DNA of 64,000 nucleotides from an uncultured virus (IMG/VR IMGVR_UViG_3300042393_000573) (lineage: Duplodnaviria > Heunggongvirae > Uroviricota > Caudoviricetes), in the IMG/VR virus record IMGVR_UViG_3300042393_000573, positions 1-64,000 of that record; one strand, written 5' to 3'. Of this stretch, positions 10,007 through 20,338 are shown piece by piece (the stretch's first letter is position 1; each line of letters opens with the position of its first letter). The notes below the pieces were generated by a model. The model saw only the letters and a program-made list of their open reading frames with translations, was not told the origin of the DNA and searched no databases. A program made the translations under genes and the position numbers.

Positions 10007-11002
10007 ATGAACCCTCTATTGGCAATGATTGATGGTTATGAAACCGATGAAGACTATTCAATGGCTAGTAAAAGATATAGAAATCTACTTTTAAAAAATA
10101 CTCTTACAAGATATATAAATATAAACACAACGAGATTTGGACAAAACAGGATAGACAATATCTTGGTAGATCCAAAAACAGAATATTCTATAAATAATTT
10201 TGGATATAGAGATGTTGACTGGATTGAAAAAGCAGAAATACTTGCAGTTGGTTGTTCAAATACCTGGGGCTATGGAGTTCCTGTAGATGGAAGATGGACA
10301 AATATTTTAGGTGAAAGAATTAATAAAGAAATTCGAAACCTATCATTTCCTGGAGGGTCCATAAATGACTTAGTGGCTAAATCATTTGAATATTTTAAAA
10401 TATTTGGTAACCCAGAAATTATGTTATGTTTGTTTCCAGATCCTTTTAGATTACGTCTACCAATTAAAAAAAATATAACTAAAGAGTTTAGACTTAATAA
10501 AGAAGATAGTAAGAATAATCTATCTATCCCTGATTTAACTTTTGGAGATATACAACTTGATGTTCATCCAGAACCAATTTCACAAAGAAATAAATATATT
10601 AAAAGACCTTATACTTATAGAGAGATATTGCCATTAGAGGTTCCGCTATTTTTTTCTATGCAAGCAATACACTTATTAGAGCAATACTGCAGATCAAACA
10701 ATATAAAACTTATCTGGTCATCTTGGCATGTTGATACAGTAAATGCTTTAACTAATGATAAAGAAAATATATTTAGTGATGTTGTTTTTAATAAAGATTT
10801 AGTTATTGGTCATTATTTAAATAATATAAATGAATTAGAAAATAAAGAATTTGATGAAGACTGTCATAAAGAATATGAAAATTATTTTAAACACTGTTTT
10901 CATATTGGTGGTGATGTTGAAGATGGACTTGACCAGGCACACCCAGGAGTTCATAAACATATTCATATTGCAGAAGGATTTTATCAGGAAATGAATAAAT
11001 GA
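10007..11002 (+). CDS. SGNH-hydrolase-like protein
   Basis: N.FGYR, GCSNTWGYG (block I-like), HPG..H (block V-like). Confidence 0.55.
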   Translation: MNPLLAMIDGYETDEDYSMASKRYRNLLLKNTLTRYININTTRFGQNRIDNILVDPKTEYSINNFGYRDVDWIEKAEILAVGCSNTWGYGVPVDGRWTNILGERINKEIRNLSFPGGSINDLVAKSFEYFKIFGNPEIMLCLFPDPFRLRLPIKKNITKEFRLNKEDSKNNLSIPDLTFGDIQLDVHPEPISQRNKYIKRPYTYREILPLEVPLFFSMQAIHLLEQYCRSNNIKLIWSSWHVDTVNALTNDKENIFSDVVFNKDLVIGHYLNNINELENKEFDEDCHKEYENYFKHCFHIGGDVEDGLDQAHPGVHKHIHIAEGFYQEMNK

Positions 11003-12420
11003 TAATTTTAGGAATTAACGAAACTTCCCACGACGCATCTGTATCTTTAATTAAAGATGGAGAAATACTTTTTGCGGGACATGCAGAAAGATATAGTAAA
11101 CAAAAGAATGATTGGTATAACAACAAAGATATTATCTTAGATGCATTAAACTATGGAACACCAGACTACATTGCTTACTATGAGAAGCCTTGGCTTAAAA
11201 GATCTAGAATAATGTTAAAGGGTGGCGCAGCAGACTGGAAGCCAAACATTCCTTTAGATGTTCCAGTACACTACTTTAAGCATCACTACTCTCATGCAGC
11301 AGCAGGATACTACACAAGCGCATTTAACGATGCTGTAATTGTTGTATTAGATGCAATAGGAGAATATAACACTTCAACTATTTGGGTTGGTGAGGGCGAC
11401 AAGATTAAACTTAAGTATAAGCAAAACTATCCAGTTAGTTTTGGACTATTTTATTCTGCTTTTACACAACTTATTGGACTTATGCCAAACCAAGAAGAAT
11501 ACATTATGATGGGAATGGCTGCCTATGGTGACTGGAAGCGTTACTACAAAGAGGTTGATGAATATTTTCCTTCATACGATAAACAAAAATATAATTTTCA
11601 TAAAGGAATTAATGACTGGGGAATGATAATTACAGAGCAAGATAGGTTTGATATTGCTGCAGCAGTACAAGTAGTGTATGAGCAAAGATTAAATCAGTTT
11701 ATGCGTATGGCAAAGTCCCTTACTGGTAAAAAGAACTTAGTATTTATGGGTGGTTGTGCCCTTAACTCTTCAGCAAATACATTGCTATGGAATATTTTTG
11801 ATATGATTTGGATCATGCCTAACCCAGGAGATGCTGGTAGTTCTTTAGGTGCAGCAGCAGCCTTGTACGGAAAGCACCTTGACTGGAAGACTCCGTATCT
11901 TGGCTATGATCTTGGAGGAGAGTATCCTGTTCAGCAAATTGTGGACGGTATATTAAAAGATGGAATCGTAGCAGTAGCAACAGGCAGAGCAGAATACGGT
12001 CCAAGAGCATTGGGCAATCGAAGCATTCTTGCTGACCCAAGAGATCCAAATATAAAAGATAAAGTTAATTTAATTAAACAAAGAGAGTTGTTTAGACCAT
12101 TTGCTCCAGTAGTTATGGAAGAGTGTGCGTCTAAGTGGTTTGATATGGATTTTGCAAGCCCTTATATGCAATATACAGTTAAGTGTCTTCAGCCAGATAA
12201 AATACCATCTGTAGTTCATGCTGATGGAACCTCAAGAGTTCAAACTGTAAATAAAGATCAACATCGTGGGTTATGGAGAGTTCTTAATAAGTTTTATATT
12301 GAAACTGGTGTTCCAATACTATTAAATACAAGCCTTAATATTAAAGGACAGCCACTACTAAATGATGAAAATGATATAGAAAAATGGCAAAAAACTTATA
12401 ACAATTTAGTGATAAGATAG
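10999..12420 (+). CDS. carbamoyltransferase (CmcH/NodU/TobZ family)
   Basis: HDAS, HHYSHAA, GGCALN, GPRALGNRS, RPFAP, LNTSLN. Confidence 0.92.
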   Translation: MIILGINETSHDASVSLIKDGEILFAGHAERYSKQKNDWYNNKDIILDALNYGTPDYIAYYEKPWLKRSRIMLKGGAADWKPNIPLDVPVHYFKHHYSHAAAGYYTSAFNDAVIVVLDAIGEYNTSTIWVGEGDKIKLKYKQNYPVSFGLFYSAFTQLIGLMPNQEEYIMMGMAAYGDWKRYYKEVDEYFPSYDKQKYNFHKGINDWGMIITEQDRFDIAAAVQVVYEQRLNQFMRMAKSLTGKKNLVFMGGCALNSSANTLLWNIFDMIWIMPNPGDAGSSLGAAAALYGKHLDWKTPYLGYDLGGEYPVQQIVDGILKDGIVAVATGRAEYGPRALGNRSILADPRDPNIKDKVNLIKQRELFRPFAPVVMEECASKWFDMDFASPYMQYTVKCLQPDKIPSVVHADGTSRVQTVNKDQHRGLWRVLNKFYIETGVPILLNTSLNIKGQPLLNDENDIEKWQKTYNNLVIR

Positions 12421-12424
12421 TTTG

Positions 12425-13264
12425 ATGATTAATAAAAAATCAAACTTAAAAACAATTCCAGATATTTTTGTAAATAGGTCTTTAGAAGAAATGAGTCAGC
12501 ATGCTATGCCTAAAACAGAAGCAGACTCTGTTTTTATTGAATATAAACTAAACTCTCAAGGATATAGGTGCAATGAGTTTAGCAATCAAGAAATTTTAAC
12601 TTTGGGATGTTCTCAAACAGAGGGACATGGAATGCCTATAGAACTTACATGGCCTTATCTAATATCACAAAAAATGAATAAGGATTATATTAATTTAGCA
12701 AAAGGAGGAGAAGGAATACAAGCACAAATAGTTAAAGCATTTCAGTTTTTTAAAGAATTTTATCATCCAAAATATATATTTGCAGTATTTCCAATAACAA
12801 GGCTGGAAGTTCCTTTGATAAACCTTAGAGTAAAAAATGAAGGTAATCATGAACGTGTAAAGTCTAGAGAAAATATAGGCAAAGCCATGCTATCTAACAA
12901 ATTACTTGAAAAATTTTCTAAAGAACCACATATAGTAGAAAATATTTTGCCAGAAGAATTTGCAATTTTTTATAATATGTTATTTTTAAAAATGTTTATT
13001 CAGTATTGCAAATCAAATAATATAATATTATTGTGGACCTACTGGAACGATTCGTCTTTAGAGCAATACTCATTTAAAGATTTTACAGATACATATTTTG
13101 AGACTAGTTCGCCAGAAAATAATTGTCACTTAGAGTTTTCAGATAATAAATTTTTTGAGTACGCAGCAGACTATGAGTATTGGCATCCTGGTCATTGGGC
13201 ATTTCACCAACAAATGCATATGGCAAATTCAATATATAGTACACTTTTTAAACAAACAGAATGA
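12425..13264 (+). CDS. SGNH-hydrolase-like protein (paralog of 10007)
   Basis: NSQGYR, GCSQTEGHG, HPGHW. Confidence 0.55.
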   Translation: MINKKSNLKTIPDIFVNRSLEEMSQHAMPKTEADSVFIEYKLNSQGYRCNEFSNQEILTLGCSQTEGHGMPIELTWPYLISQKMNKDYINLAKGGEGIQAQIVKAFQFFKEFYHPKYIFAVFPITRLEVPLINLRVKNEGNHERVKSRENIGKAMLSNKLLEKFSKEPHIVENILPEEFAIFYNMLFLKMFIQYCKSNNIILLWTYWNDSSLEQYSFKDFTDTYFETSSPENNCHLEFSDNKFFEYAADYEYWHPGHWAFHQQMHMANSIYSTLFKQTE

Positions 13265-13357
13265 TATAAGTGACTGGGAAAGACCTATAACTTTAAAATG
13301 CAGTAATAAAATGGTATAATAACCCTAACAGACATTGTCTGTCCTAGGGGGAAGGTA

Positions 13358-15478
13358 ATCAAAAAACTAATACGAATAGCAGCAGCCACATTATTAGCAT
13401 TTGGCTGGCTTCTTATTTCCCCAGAAGGTGCCCACTCTGATGATCCCCTCACAGTAGCAGCCCAAGAAATACAAGACCTTAACGATAGCATTGACGACCT
13501 TGGCTACAAGGATGAGTTCATATTTTTAATTGAAGAGGCAGAAGATAAGTATGCCCTTGCAGTATCTGCAAAAGAAACCCAGACCCAAACCTCTACCACA
13601 TATGATGCATCTCTTGTCTTAAAAGCCACGGCGGGAGAAGAAAAAGCATCAGCCCAAACAGCCGTAGACGAACAAACAGTAGTAGTGGCAACTGCATTAG
13701 AAGATAAGAATGATGCACAAGATGCTCTTGATATAGCCAATATAAACCTTTCAACCCAGTCTGGCTCAATGACTGATATCACAACAGAAGATTTTAATAA
13801 TAATAGTATAAATAATGGTAGACAAAATTGGCCAGCAGGTGCTCTTAGTATATTTATAGTTGGATCAATAGACTCAAATGGAAACTCTGTTGGCACTGAG
13901 GTTGCAATAACTTCAACAAATAATGGTGGATATTTTTATGGAAGCGACCAGGTTCCAAGTAATGATTATACAAACCCACCAGCGTTGCATCTTCAAGCCC
14001 CAAGTCAAACACTTGCTTTTCGTGTTGCCAATTGGAGTGAGGGAGCAGTTACTCAGGTTAAATTTTCCGTTTATGCAAAAAATGGAGATGCCACTGCTAT
14101 GGTCAGGCATACAGATGGAACAACATATAATTTTACAATTCAAAACAATGTTAATTCAGATTATCCAGGATTTGTCCATCAAGAGGTTTTAGATGCGCTT
14201 CCTGGTAAACAAATTCATGAGATATATTTTTGGGCAGACAACAATGACTGGTACATTATTGATAATGTAATTATAAAAACTATTATAGGAAGTGTTCCAA
14301 GCCAAGAATCAAGTACGGCGGTTGCCTCAGCACAGGCTGTATATAATGATAAATTAAATATTTACAACCAAGCAGTTTCAACATTAAATGCTTACAATCA
14401 AACCTTAACTAATAAAACAACTGAGGCTGAGAATGCAAGTTTAAATGTTGTAACGGCATTACAAAATAAAAATAATGCTATTAGTGCATACGATCAAGCA
14501 ATTAATAATGTTAATAGTGCAATTGATGATGCATGGCGTTGCTATGACGAGCAACTACAAAGAGAAATTCAATCTGCTATTGCCCAAGCAGCAGCCAACG
14601 CTGCAGCAAATCAACCCACCCCAGAGCCAAGTCCTGAACCAACTGCTGAAGAGCCACCTACTCCTGAGCCAAGTCCAGAACCTACTGCTGAGGAACCATC
14701 AACTCCAGAACCAAGTCCTGAGCCTACGGCAGAAGAGCCTCCTACGCCAGAGCCTTCTCCAGAGCCTACAGTGGACCCTACAGAGGAGCCTACACCTGAG
14801 CCTACCCCAGAGGAACCACCAACACCTGAGCCTTCTCCAGAACCAACTACAGAAACAACTGAAGAGCCTGCTCCAGAACCTTCACCAGAACCTGGCCCAG
14901 AGCCAAAGCCAGAAGAGAACCCTTGGACTGAACCAGATGTAGTAATTGAAGATGAGGTATTAGCAGCCCTTGTTCCTGAAAAAGGAACTGGAACAGAAGA
15001 AGATCTATCTAATGTTATTGCTAACCTTACAAGCAGTGATAATAAGTTAGTTACTCTTTCCCCTGAACAAGTAACAGCAGTTAGCCAAACACTTAGAGCC
15101 TTGACTCAAGAAGCAAAGGATGAGGTTGCAGAAGACCTTGGCATTAAGCCTTCAGAGGTTGCACAAATTGCTGAGCAGATGAAGTCTAACCCAGCACTGG
15201 CAGAAGCATTCGTTGAGTTTACAGATAGAGAGGCGGAGGCAGGAGAAACTCCAATGCCATTTACATTAGCAGATGCAGTAACAGAAGTACAAACAGAAGC
15301 ATTCTTAGCAGACCCACTTGGAGCGGTATTTGCGGTGGACCCAGTAGAACTCCTATCTAATTTCTCTGAATTAGGTATGGATATGACAGACGACCAGAGA
15401 GAAAAAGCGCAAGAAGTAATTGTCCCAGTGATCATCGTATCACAAATTGCAGGGGCAATGATAAGGAGGAACAAATGA
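13358..15478 (+). CDS. secreted, membrane-anchored Pro/Glu-rich protein; probable non-canonical ATC start
   Basis: frame is open from 13310; signal peptide IKKLIRIAAATLLAFGWLLISPEGAHS; PTPEPSPEPTAEE repeats; hydrophobic C-terminus followed by RRNK. Confidence 0.7.
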   Translation: MKKLIRIAAATLLAFGWLLISPEGAHSDDPLTVAAQEIQDLNDSIDDLGYKDEFIFLIEEAEDKYALAVSAKETQTQTSTTYDASLVLKATAGEEKASAQTAVDEQTVVVATALEDKNDAQDALDIANINLSTQSGSMTDITTEDFNNNSINNGRQNWPAGALSIFIVGSIDSNGNSVGTEVAITSTNNGGYFYGSDQVPSNDYTNPPALHLQAPSQTLAFRVANWSEGAVTQVKFSVYAKNGDATAMVRHTDGTTYNFTIQNNVNSDYPGFVHQEVLDALPGKQIHEIYFWADNNDWYIIDNVIIKTIIGSVPSQESSTAVASAQAVYNDKLNIYNQAVSTLNAYNQTLTNKTTEAENASLNVVTALQNKNNAISAYDQAINNVNSAIDDAWRCYDEQLQREIQSAIAQAAANAAANQPTPEPSPEPTAEEPPTPEPSPEPTAEEPSTPEPSPEPTAEEPPTPEPSPEPTVDPTEEPTPEPTPEEPPTPEPSPEPTTETTEEPAPEPSPEPGPEPKPEENPWTEPDVVIEDEVLAALVPEKGTGTEEDLSNVIANLTSSDNKLVTLSPEQVTAVSQTLRALTQEAKDEVAEDLGIKPSEVAQIAEQMKSNPALAEAFVEFTDREAEAGETPMPFTLADAVTEVQTEAFLADPLGAVFAVDPVELLSNFSELGMDMTDDQREKAQEVIVPVIIVSQIAGAMIRRNK
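14615..14910 (+). repeat. coding tandem repeat, about 39-bp unit (PTPEPSPEPTAEE)
   Basis: three near-identical units followed by degenerate copies. Confidence 0.85.
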
Positions 15479-15702
15479 AAATAATCAATAAGGCCACAAA
15501 CCTGGTAGGCAAAATGCTAAAGGGATTAACTAAATGGTTTAAAGACGCAGGTATGGAATTAATTGCACAAGCATTCACCCTCCTGGGCTTCTTTATCGCA
15601 TGGCTAACTTTGACGGGATCAGCAAGAGACATTGTTGGTATTGCTGTAATGGCAACAACAGTTATCTGGTTAATCACAATCCCGCTAAGGAAGGAGAAAT
15701 AA
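15475..15702 (+). CDS. small two-helix membrane protein
   Basis: two hydrophobic segments; ATGA overlap. Confidence 0.65.
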   Translation: MKIINKATNLVGKMLKGLTKWFKDAGMELIAQAFTLLGFFIAWLTLTGSARDIVGIAVMATTVIWLITIPLRKEK

Positions 15703-15703
15703 A

Positions 15704-15988
15704 ATGGCAACTAAAAAAATAGTAGAACCCCCAAAGCAGGAGCACCCACAGAAAGCAATAACAAATATTCTAATGAGAATTCTTGCGGTATTTGCAGCAT
15801 CAGGACTATCAGTCTTGGGAGCGGGAGCCGTAGTAGGAATTGACACAGTTCAGGCAGTTATGCTTGCAGGACTCTTAGGAGTAGCAACAGTTATTGAAAG
15901 ACTGGCAAGGGCTTTTTTGGACGATGGAAGGCTATCATTAGCAGAAATAAATGATGCCTTTAAGTCTGTAGACAAAAAGGCTAATTAG
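15704..15988 (+). CDS. holin-like membrane protein
   Basis: two hydrophobic segments, charged tail, SD AAGGAG. Confidence 0.5.
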   Translation: MATKKIVEPPKQEHPQKAITNILMRILAVFAASGLSVLGAGAVVGIDTVQAVMLAGLLGVATVIERLARAFLDDGRLSLAEINDAFKSVDKKAN

Positions 15989-16066
15989 TCATTATTGACG
16001 GTAGTTGACAGCCCTCTCTGGGCAATGGTATACTTGAGTATCACCTATCTGGAGAGGGCTTTTGCC

Positions 16067-16591
16067 ATGACTTGTATTGCTGTTGTTCGCCATGAAGATA
16101 AAATTTATATGGCAGGAGATCGTGGAGCATCAGATGATGGTACCATTCTAGCACTTGAAGCACCAAAGGTTTGGAAGATAGGCCCATACCTAATTGGATA
16201 TGCTGGAGCAATGGACGGAGAAAGAATCCGCTATAACTTTAAACCAACTGCTCCTAACATTAAAGACACAGATAGATTTATGCAAACAAAGTTTGTTAAA
16301 GAACTAAAAGAATTTTATAATGAGTTTTGGGTAGACACATCTAAAGATGGAGACCTTGGTTTAATCATTTCAGTTCGTGGTCAAATCTATGAGCACAGTT
16401 CCGCTGACATGTCTTTATCTAAGTACACACTGCCATACCTTGCTATGGGTTCAGGAGCAGAGTATGCTTACGGGGTTTTATATGCAACAGATAAACAAAA
16501 AAATGCAAGAAATAGAGTGATTCAAGCAGTAAATGCTGCTATTAAATTTAACCCATCATGTATGGGTCCAGTTGACATTGTCAGTATTTAG
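16067..16591 (+). CDS. HslV/proteasome-beta-like Ntn hydrolase
   Basis: begins M-T-C-I-A; AGDR, IGYAG, AMGSGA. Confidence 0.75.
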   Translation: MTCIAVVRHEDKIYMAGDRGASDDGTILALEAPKVWKIGPYLIGYAGAMDGERIRYNFKPTAPNIKDTDRFMQTKFVKELKEFYNEFWVDTSKDGDLGLIISVRGQIYEHSSADMSLSKYTLPYLAMGSGAEYAYGVLYATDKQKNARNRVIQAVNAAIKFNPSCMGPVDIVSI

Positions 16592-16606
16592 AGATATACT
16601 TTATAT

Positions 16607-16828
16607 ATGAGCGAAGAATTTGAAGAGATTCTAAAGGGTATTCAAGAAAATGAGTTAGATTATGATGAGTTTGAAATCTGGCTAAACAATGGAATTGAAC
16701 GGGGATGGATAACAGAACCTTTCTGTAATACTCATGATGGCGATCCATATATGAGTGAAGAAGAGCAACAAGAGTGGGAAGATGGCGGAGATCCTTGCCA
16801 GGTAGTATTTAAAATAAAGGAGCAGTAA
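16607..16828 (+). CDS. acidic hypothetical protein
   Basis: TATACT-N6-ATG leaderless start. Confidence 0.65.
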   Translation: MSEEFEEILKGIQENELDYDEFEIWLNNGIERGWITEPFCNTHDGDPYMSEEEQQEWEDGGDPCQVVFKIKEQ

Positions 16829-16833
16829 TTTAA

Positions 16834-18015
16834 ATGTGTATAGTTTGTGTATCTGCAGTAACAGTTGCGTCTTTGCTTGCACCAACCCAAGTACCAGTTG
16901 AAGTAAAGCCTATTCAAAAAAATATTCAAGAGTATGAGTTTACTAATAAGTCATGCTCTAAGTCTAACTTAAATAAAGTTAAAAACAATACAATATGTTT
17001 AAAAAATGGAAAAGTTTATAGATGGGCTGTAAAAAAATCACCTGTTGTTAAGCCAACACCAACACCAACACCCACGCCAACACCTACTCCAACACCTACT
17101 CCAACTCCGACTCCCACGCCAACACCTACTCCAACACCTACATTCAAACCATTATCACAAATTGAAAAACTTCAAATTAAAATAGTAGATTCTTTTAAAA
17201 TTAAAAAAGATATTAATGAAATAAATTTTACAATTATACAAAGTCCATCAGTTGATAAAAATAGAGTAGAAAAAATTGTAAATTCATACAAGACAGCACT
17301 GGCAACATTTAATAGTCCAACAAATAAAAAAATAAACTTAGTGTTTATGAGTGAAACTGATAAAGATTGGTGGCTTCAAACTTCTAGAAAATTAGATGGT
17401 TCAGCACACAATGATAATTGGTGGAACAATTCATCTTGCAGAATAAGTGTTACAGCACTTTGTGCTTACAGTCCTGGAGGGATGCCTCACATAAGTCTTT
17501 ATACAATGATAGGTTCTTCTACTTCCCCAAATGGATTAGAAGAGATGGTTTGGTATCATGAAGCAACTCACTTGTATCAGTTCCAATTACAGATTGATCA
17601 AAAAGGTTATCCAAATTGCTGGATTATTGAAGGACAGGCCCATGCTTTAGGGTTTGCTTTTGCTTCCAAATCATTTGATAACTCAAAAGAAAGAAGTATG
17701 ATGTTGCCTCACGATATTGCAAGAATATTTCCTAACTATAAGCAGTATTCAAAAGAGGATTGGATCAATAATTTTATTAAATTAACAAGTGATTTTTCAT
17801 ACTGTACAGGTCTTTCGGCTGGGTACAGTGTAGGAATGCTTGCGGTTGAATCTTTATATTATTACAACGATGCTGAGAAAGTAAATAGTTTTATAGCGCA
17901 CTATTACTCTACCCCAGACACATTTGAAATTTCTTTAAAATCTATTCTTGGAATAGACCTAAATCGTTTTTATAGCAATTTTGCAGAATACTCAATGATT
18001 ACACTCAATAGTTAA
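16834..18015 (+). CDS. putative Zn-metallopeptidase with (PT)n linker
   Basis: HEATH plus WIIEG (gluzincin-like); about 15 PT repeats at 17053-17141. Confidence 0.6.
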   Translation: MCIVCVSAVTVASLLAPTQVPVEVKPIQKNIQEYEFTNKSCSKSNLNKVKNNTICLKNGKVYRWAVKKSPVVKPTPTPTPTPTPTPTPTPTPTPTPTPTPTPTFKPLSQIEKLQIKIVDSFKIKKDINEINFTIIQSPSVDKNRVEKIVNSYKTALATFNSPTNKKINLVFMSETDKDWWLQTSRKLDGSAHNDNWWNNSSCRISVTALCAYSPGGMPHISLYTMIGSSTSPNGLEEMVWYHEATHLYQFQLQIDQKGYPNCWIIEGQAHALGFAFASKSFDNSKERSMMLPHDIARIFPNYKQYSKEDWINNFIKLTSDFSYCTGLSAGYSVGMLAVESLYYYNDAEKVNSFIAHYYSTPDTFEISLKSILGIDLNRFYSNFAEYSMITLNS

Positions 18016-18083
18016 GGCTTAGAGTGTCAGATATCCTATAACCCTATTATGGTATAATTAAATATAAACTTAGGAGGTTTATT

Positions 18084-18293
18084 ATGACAAATACAATAGA
18101 TCCATCAGATGATAGACAAGAGGCAGTCTTAAGAGCCAAGGCTTGGAAAGATGCTGCAGCAAAAGAAGTTAAAGCAGAGCCAGTTGTTGTTAATGCTCCA
18201 GATGATAGACAAGAGGCAATTTTAGAAGCAAAAAAATGGAATAAGCCAATTGCAAAAATTATTAAAAAAATTACTACAAAAAAGAAAAAGTAG
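18084..18293 (+). CDS. small basic protein with internal repeat
   Basis: DDRQEA(V/I)L twice; SD AGGAGG. Confidence 0.6.
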   Translation: MTNTIDPSDDRQEAVLRAKAWKDAAAKEVKAEPVVVNAPDDRQEAILEAKKWNKPIAKIIKKITTKKKK

Positions 18294-18306
18294 AAAGGGT
18301 TAAGTC

Positions 18307-18936
18307 ATGGCAGCAAAAGGATCAGTAGAAGCAATCATTGAGGTTGCAAAGAAAGAAGTGGGTACAATTGAAGGCCCAAAAGACAACGAAACAAAGTACG
18401 GTGCATGGATTAAGGTTAACTTCCAGCCATGGTGCCAATCATTTGTTTCTTGGTCAGCATTTACAGCGGGAGTTAAATCATTCCCCAAGTCTGCATCAAC
18501 AGTAGCAGCATCAGATTGGTTTAAGAAGGCTGAGCGTTGGTCAGATGCTCGTAATGATGATCCACAAGCAGGAGATTGGATCTATTTTGATTTCCCAGAA
18601 GATGGTGTAAATCGTATTTCACATGTTGGCATTTGTATCAAAAACAATGGAGATGGAACAATTCAAGTTATTGAAGGAAATACATCAGGAACTGCAAAGG
18701 GAGACCAACGCAACGGAGGAATGTGTGTTGAGAAGACTCGTGGTTATGTAAAAAATAACAAGAAAAAGTTAGTTAATGCTGTTGTTGGTTGGGGTCGTCC
18801 AGTTTATACTGGTGAAGAAAATGCTCAACTACTAAATAAAATTGCAGAATCTACGTCAACAATTGCAACAAATAAGGCTGCAAAGCCTGCTGCAAAGAAA
18901 TCTTCTGGCGGATCAAAGTCAAAGGTATCATCATGA
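18307..18936 (+). CDS. CHAP-domain endolysin / cell-wall hydrolase
   Basis: PWCQSFVSW, SHVGI, IEGNT. Confidence 0.85.
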   Translation: MAAKGSVEAIIEVAKKEVGTIEGPKDNETKYGAWIKVNFQPWCQSFVSWSAFTAGVKSFPKSASTVAASDWFKKAERWSDARNDDPQAGDWIYFDFPEDGVNRISHVGICIKNNGDGTIQVIEGNTSGTAKGDQRNGGMCVEKTRGYVKNNKKKLVNAVVGWGRPVYTGEENAQLLNKIAESTSTIATNKAAKPAAKKSSGGSKSKVSS

Positions 18937-19151
18937 TTGAGTCAAACAAGAGAAGCCTGTATAAAACTTTTACTTGGCCAGCGGTTCATATTGGATTTGT
19001 TGGCACTTTAGTCTATTTCTTTGAAAAGGTTATTACTGGCGAAGCCCACTGGGAATACGCTGGTGCCTTTGCAATAGTTTATACTCTATGCGAGATGATT
19101 GGCTATTTCTTGCATGAAAGAGCCTGGGCTAAATTTGGTAAAAAGGTTTAA
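18933..19151 (+). CDS. DUF2061-like membrane protein
   Basis: RSLYKTFTW...YFLHERAW. Confidence 0.65.
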   Translation: MIESNKRSLYKTFTWPAVHIGFVGTLVYFFEKVITGEAHWEYAGAFAIVYTLCEMIGYFLHERAWAKFGKKV

Positions 19152-19155
19152 ATAA

Positions 19156-19815
19156 GTGAACATTGACATGTGGGCAAAGGATCCAAATGAATCGGACTCT
19201 GAAATATACAAACTTGTTAAAGATATAGATGGCAAACTTTTTATAGTAGAGAATTTTATATTTCCAGAAACTTGTGAATTTATTATTAAAGAGTTTTCAA
19301 AAAATTTAGAAAATTTAGAAAATATTGGAAAACCTGGAATTCTTGGTGGTCCTGGAGGGTCTGCAAACAGTAAAGCACACCTAACATCATCTTTAAATAA
19401 AATAAAAGATAGGACAGACGATCTAGATTACAATGTTGGAATTGATTTCTTTACATCCATATGTACGAATATTGAAAAAACTGCTTCATTAATTTTTAAA
19501 AAAAATCTTGTCTTAAAGTCTTATTTTTATAGTCATATGCAAGAGGGCGGTTCAAATTCTTTGCATCTGGACAACTACTCTGAAGAATATGCAAATGACT
19601 ATTCAGCACTATTGTATCTATCTGATTCTTACGAGGGTGGATTAATAAGTTTTCCTCAACTAGAAATAAAATTAAAACCAGCGCCAGGAACATTTTTAAC
19701 ATTTTCTGGAACACAAGAACTAGAACATGAAGTAGAGGTAGTGTCTGGTGGAAACAGAGTTAATATTATATTATTTTTAACTGAAAGGATAAATAATGAG
19801 AATCAAAATAATTAG
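19156..19815 (+). CDS. 2OG-Fe(II) oxygenase (prolyl-4-hydroxylase-like)
   Basis: HLD..YEGG..HEV..R. Confidence 0.85.
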   Translation: MNIDMWAKDPNESDSEIYKLVKDIDGKLFIVENFIFPETCEFIIKEFSKNLENLENIGKPGILGGPGGSANSKAHLTSSLNKIKDRTDDLDYNVGIDFFTSICTNIEKTASLIFKKNLVLKSYFYSHMQEGGSNSLHLDNYSEEYANDYSALLYLSDSYEGGLISFPQLEIKLKPAPGTFLTFSGTQELEHEVEVVSGGNRVNIILFLTERINNENQNN

Positions 19816-19906
19816 GTTTGTTGTAAAAGCGCTTGGTTATGAGTGGGGCGGAGATTTACTTAATGCACCAATCTGGACAGTAAAAGCAAAAAAGAAAAAG
19901 TAGTAT

Positions 19907-20092
19907 ATGGCACTGTACGAATATGACTGCATGCCATGTGCAAAACGATACATCAAAGATCGTTCTATTAAAGAAGACGACCCTGGATATAAATGTGATA
20001 CTTGCAATTTTTCTTTAGTTCGTGTATACTCTAATGTAGGAGCAGTTTTCAACGGTAGTGGATTTTATTCCACCGATAACAGAAAGAAATAG
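19907..20092 (+). CDS. FmdB-family zinc-ribbon protein
   Basis: YEYDC..C...C..C..FNGSGFYSTD. Confidence 0.8.
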   Translation: MALYEYDCMPCAKRYIKDRSIKEDDPGYKCDTCNFSLVRVYSNVGAVFNGSGFYSTDNRKK

Positions 20093-20102
20093 GCAGTATA
20101 CT

Positions 20103-20336
20103 ATGAATACAATGATTGATGAAGAAGTAGAATCAAGGAAATGGACACTATCTCCACTAGATAGGTGTGATGTTTGCTCTGCTGAGGCTTTAGTTCAGGT
20201 AAATGGTATTTCTGGTAACTTGATATTTTGTGGTCACCATTATAATAAGATAATGGATAATGCAGAAGGTTATAAGAAAATGATGTCTTTTGCATTAACT
20301 ATTGTTGATGAGCGAGAAAAACTAGTTAAGGAATAA
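20103..20336 (+). CDS. small zinc-binding protein
   Basis: DRCDVC..FCGHH. Confidence 0.6.
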   Translation: MNTMIDEEVESRKWTLSPLDRCDVCSAEALVQVNGISGNLIFCGHHYNKIMDNAEGYKKMMSFALTIVDEREKLVKE

Positions 20337-20338
20337 AA

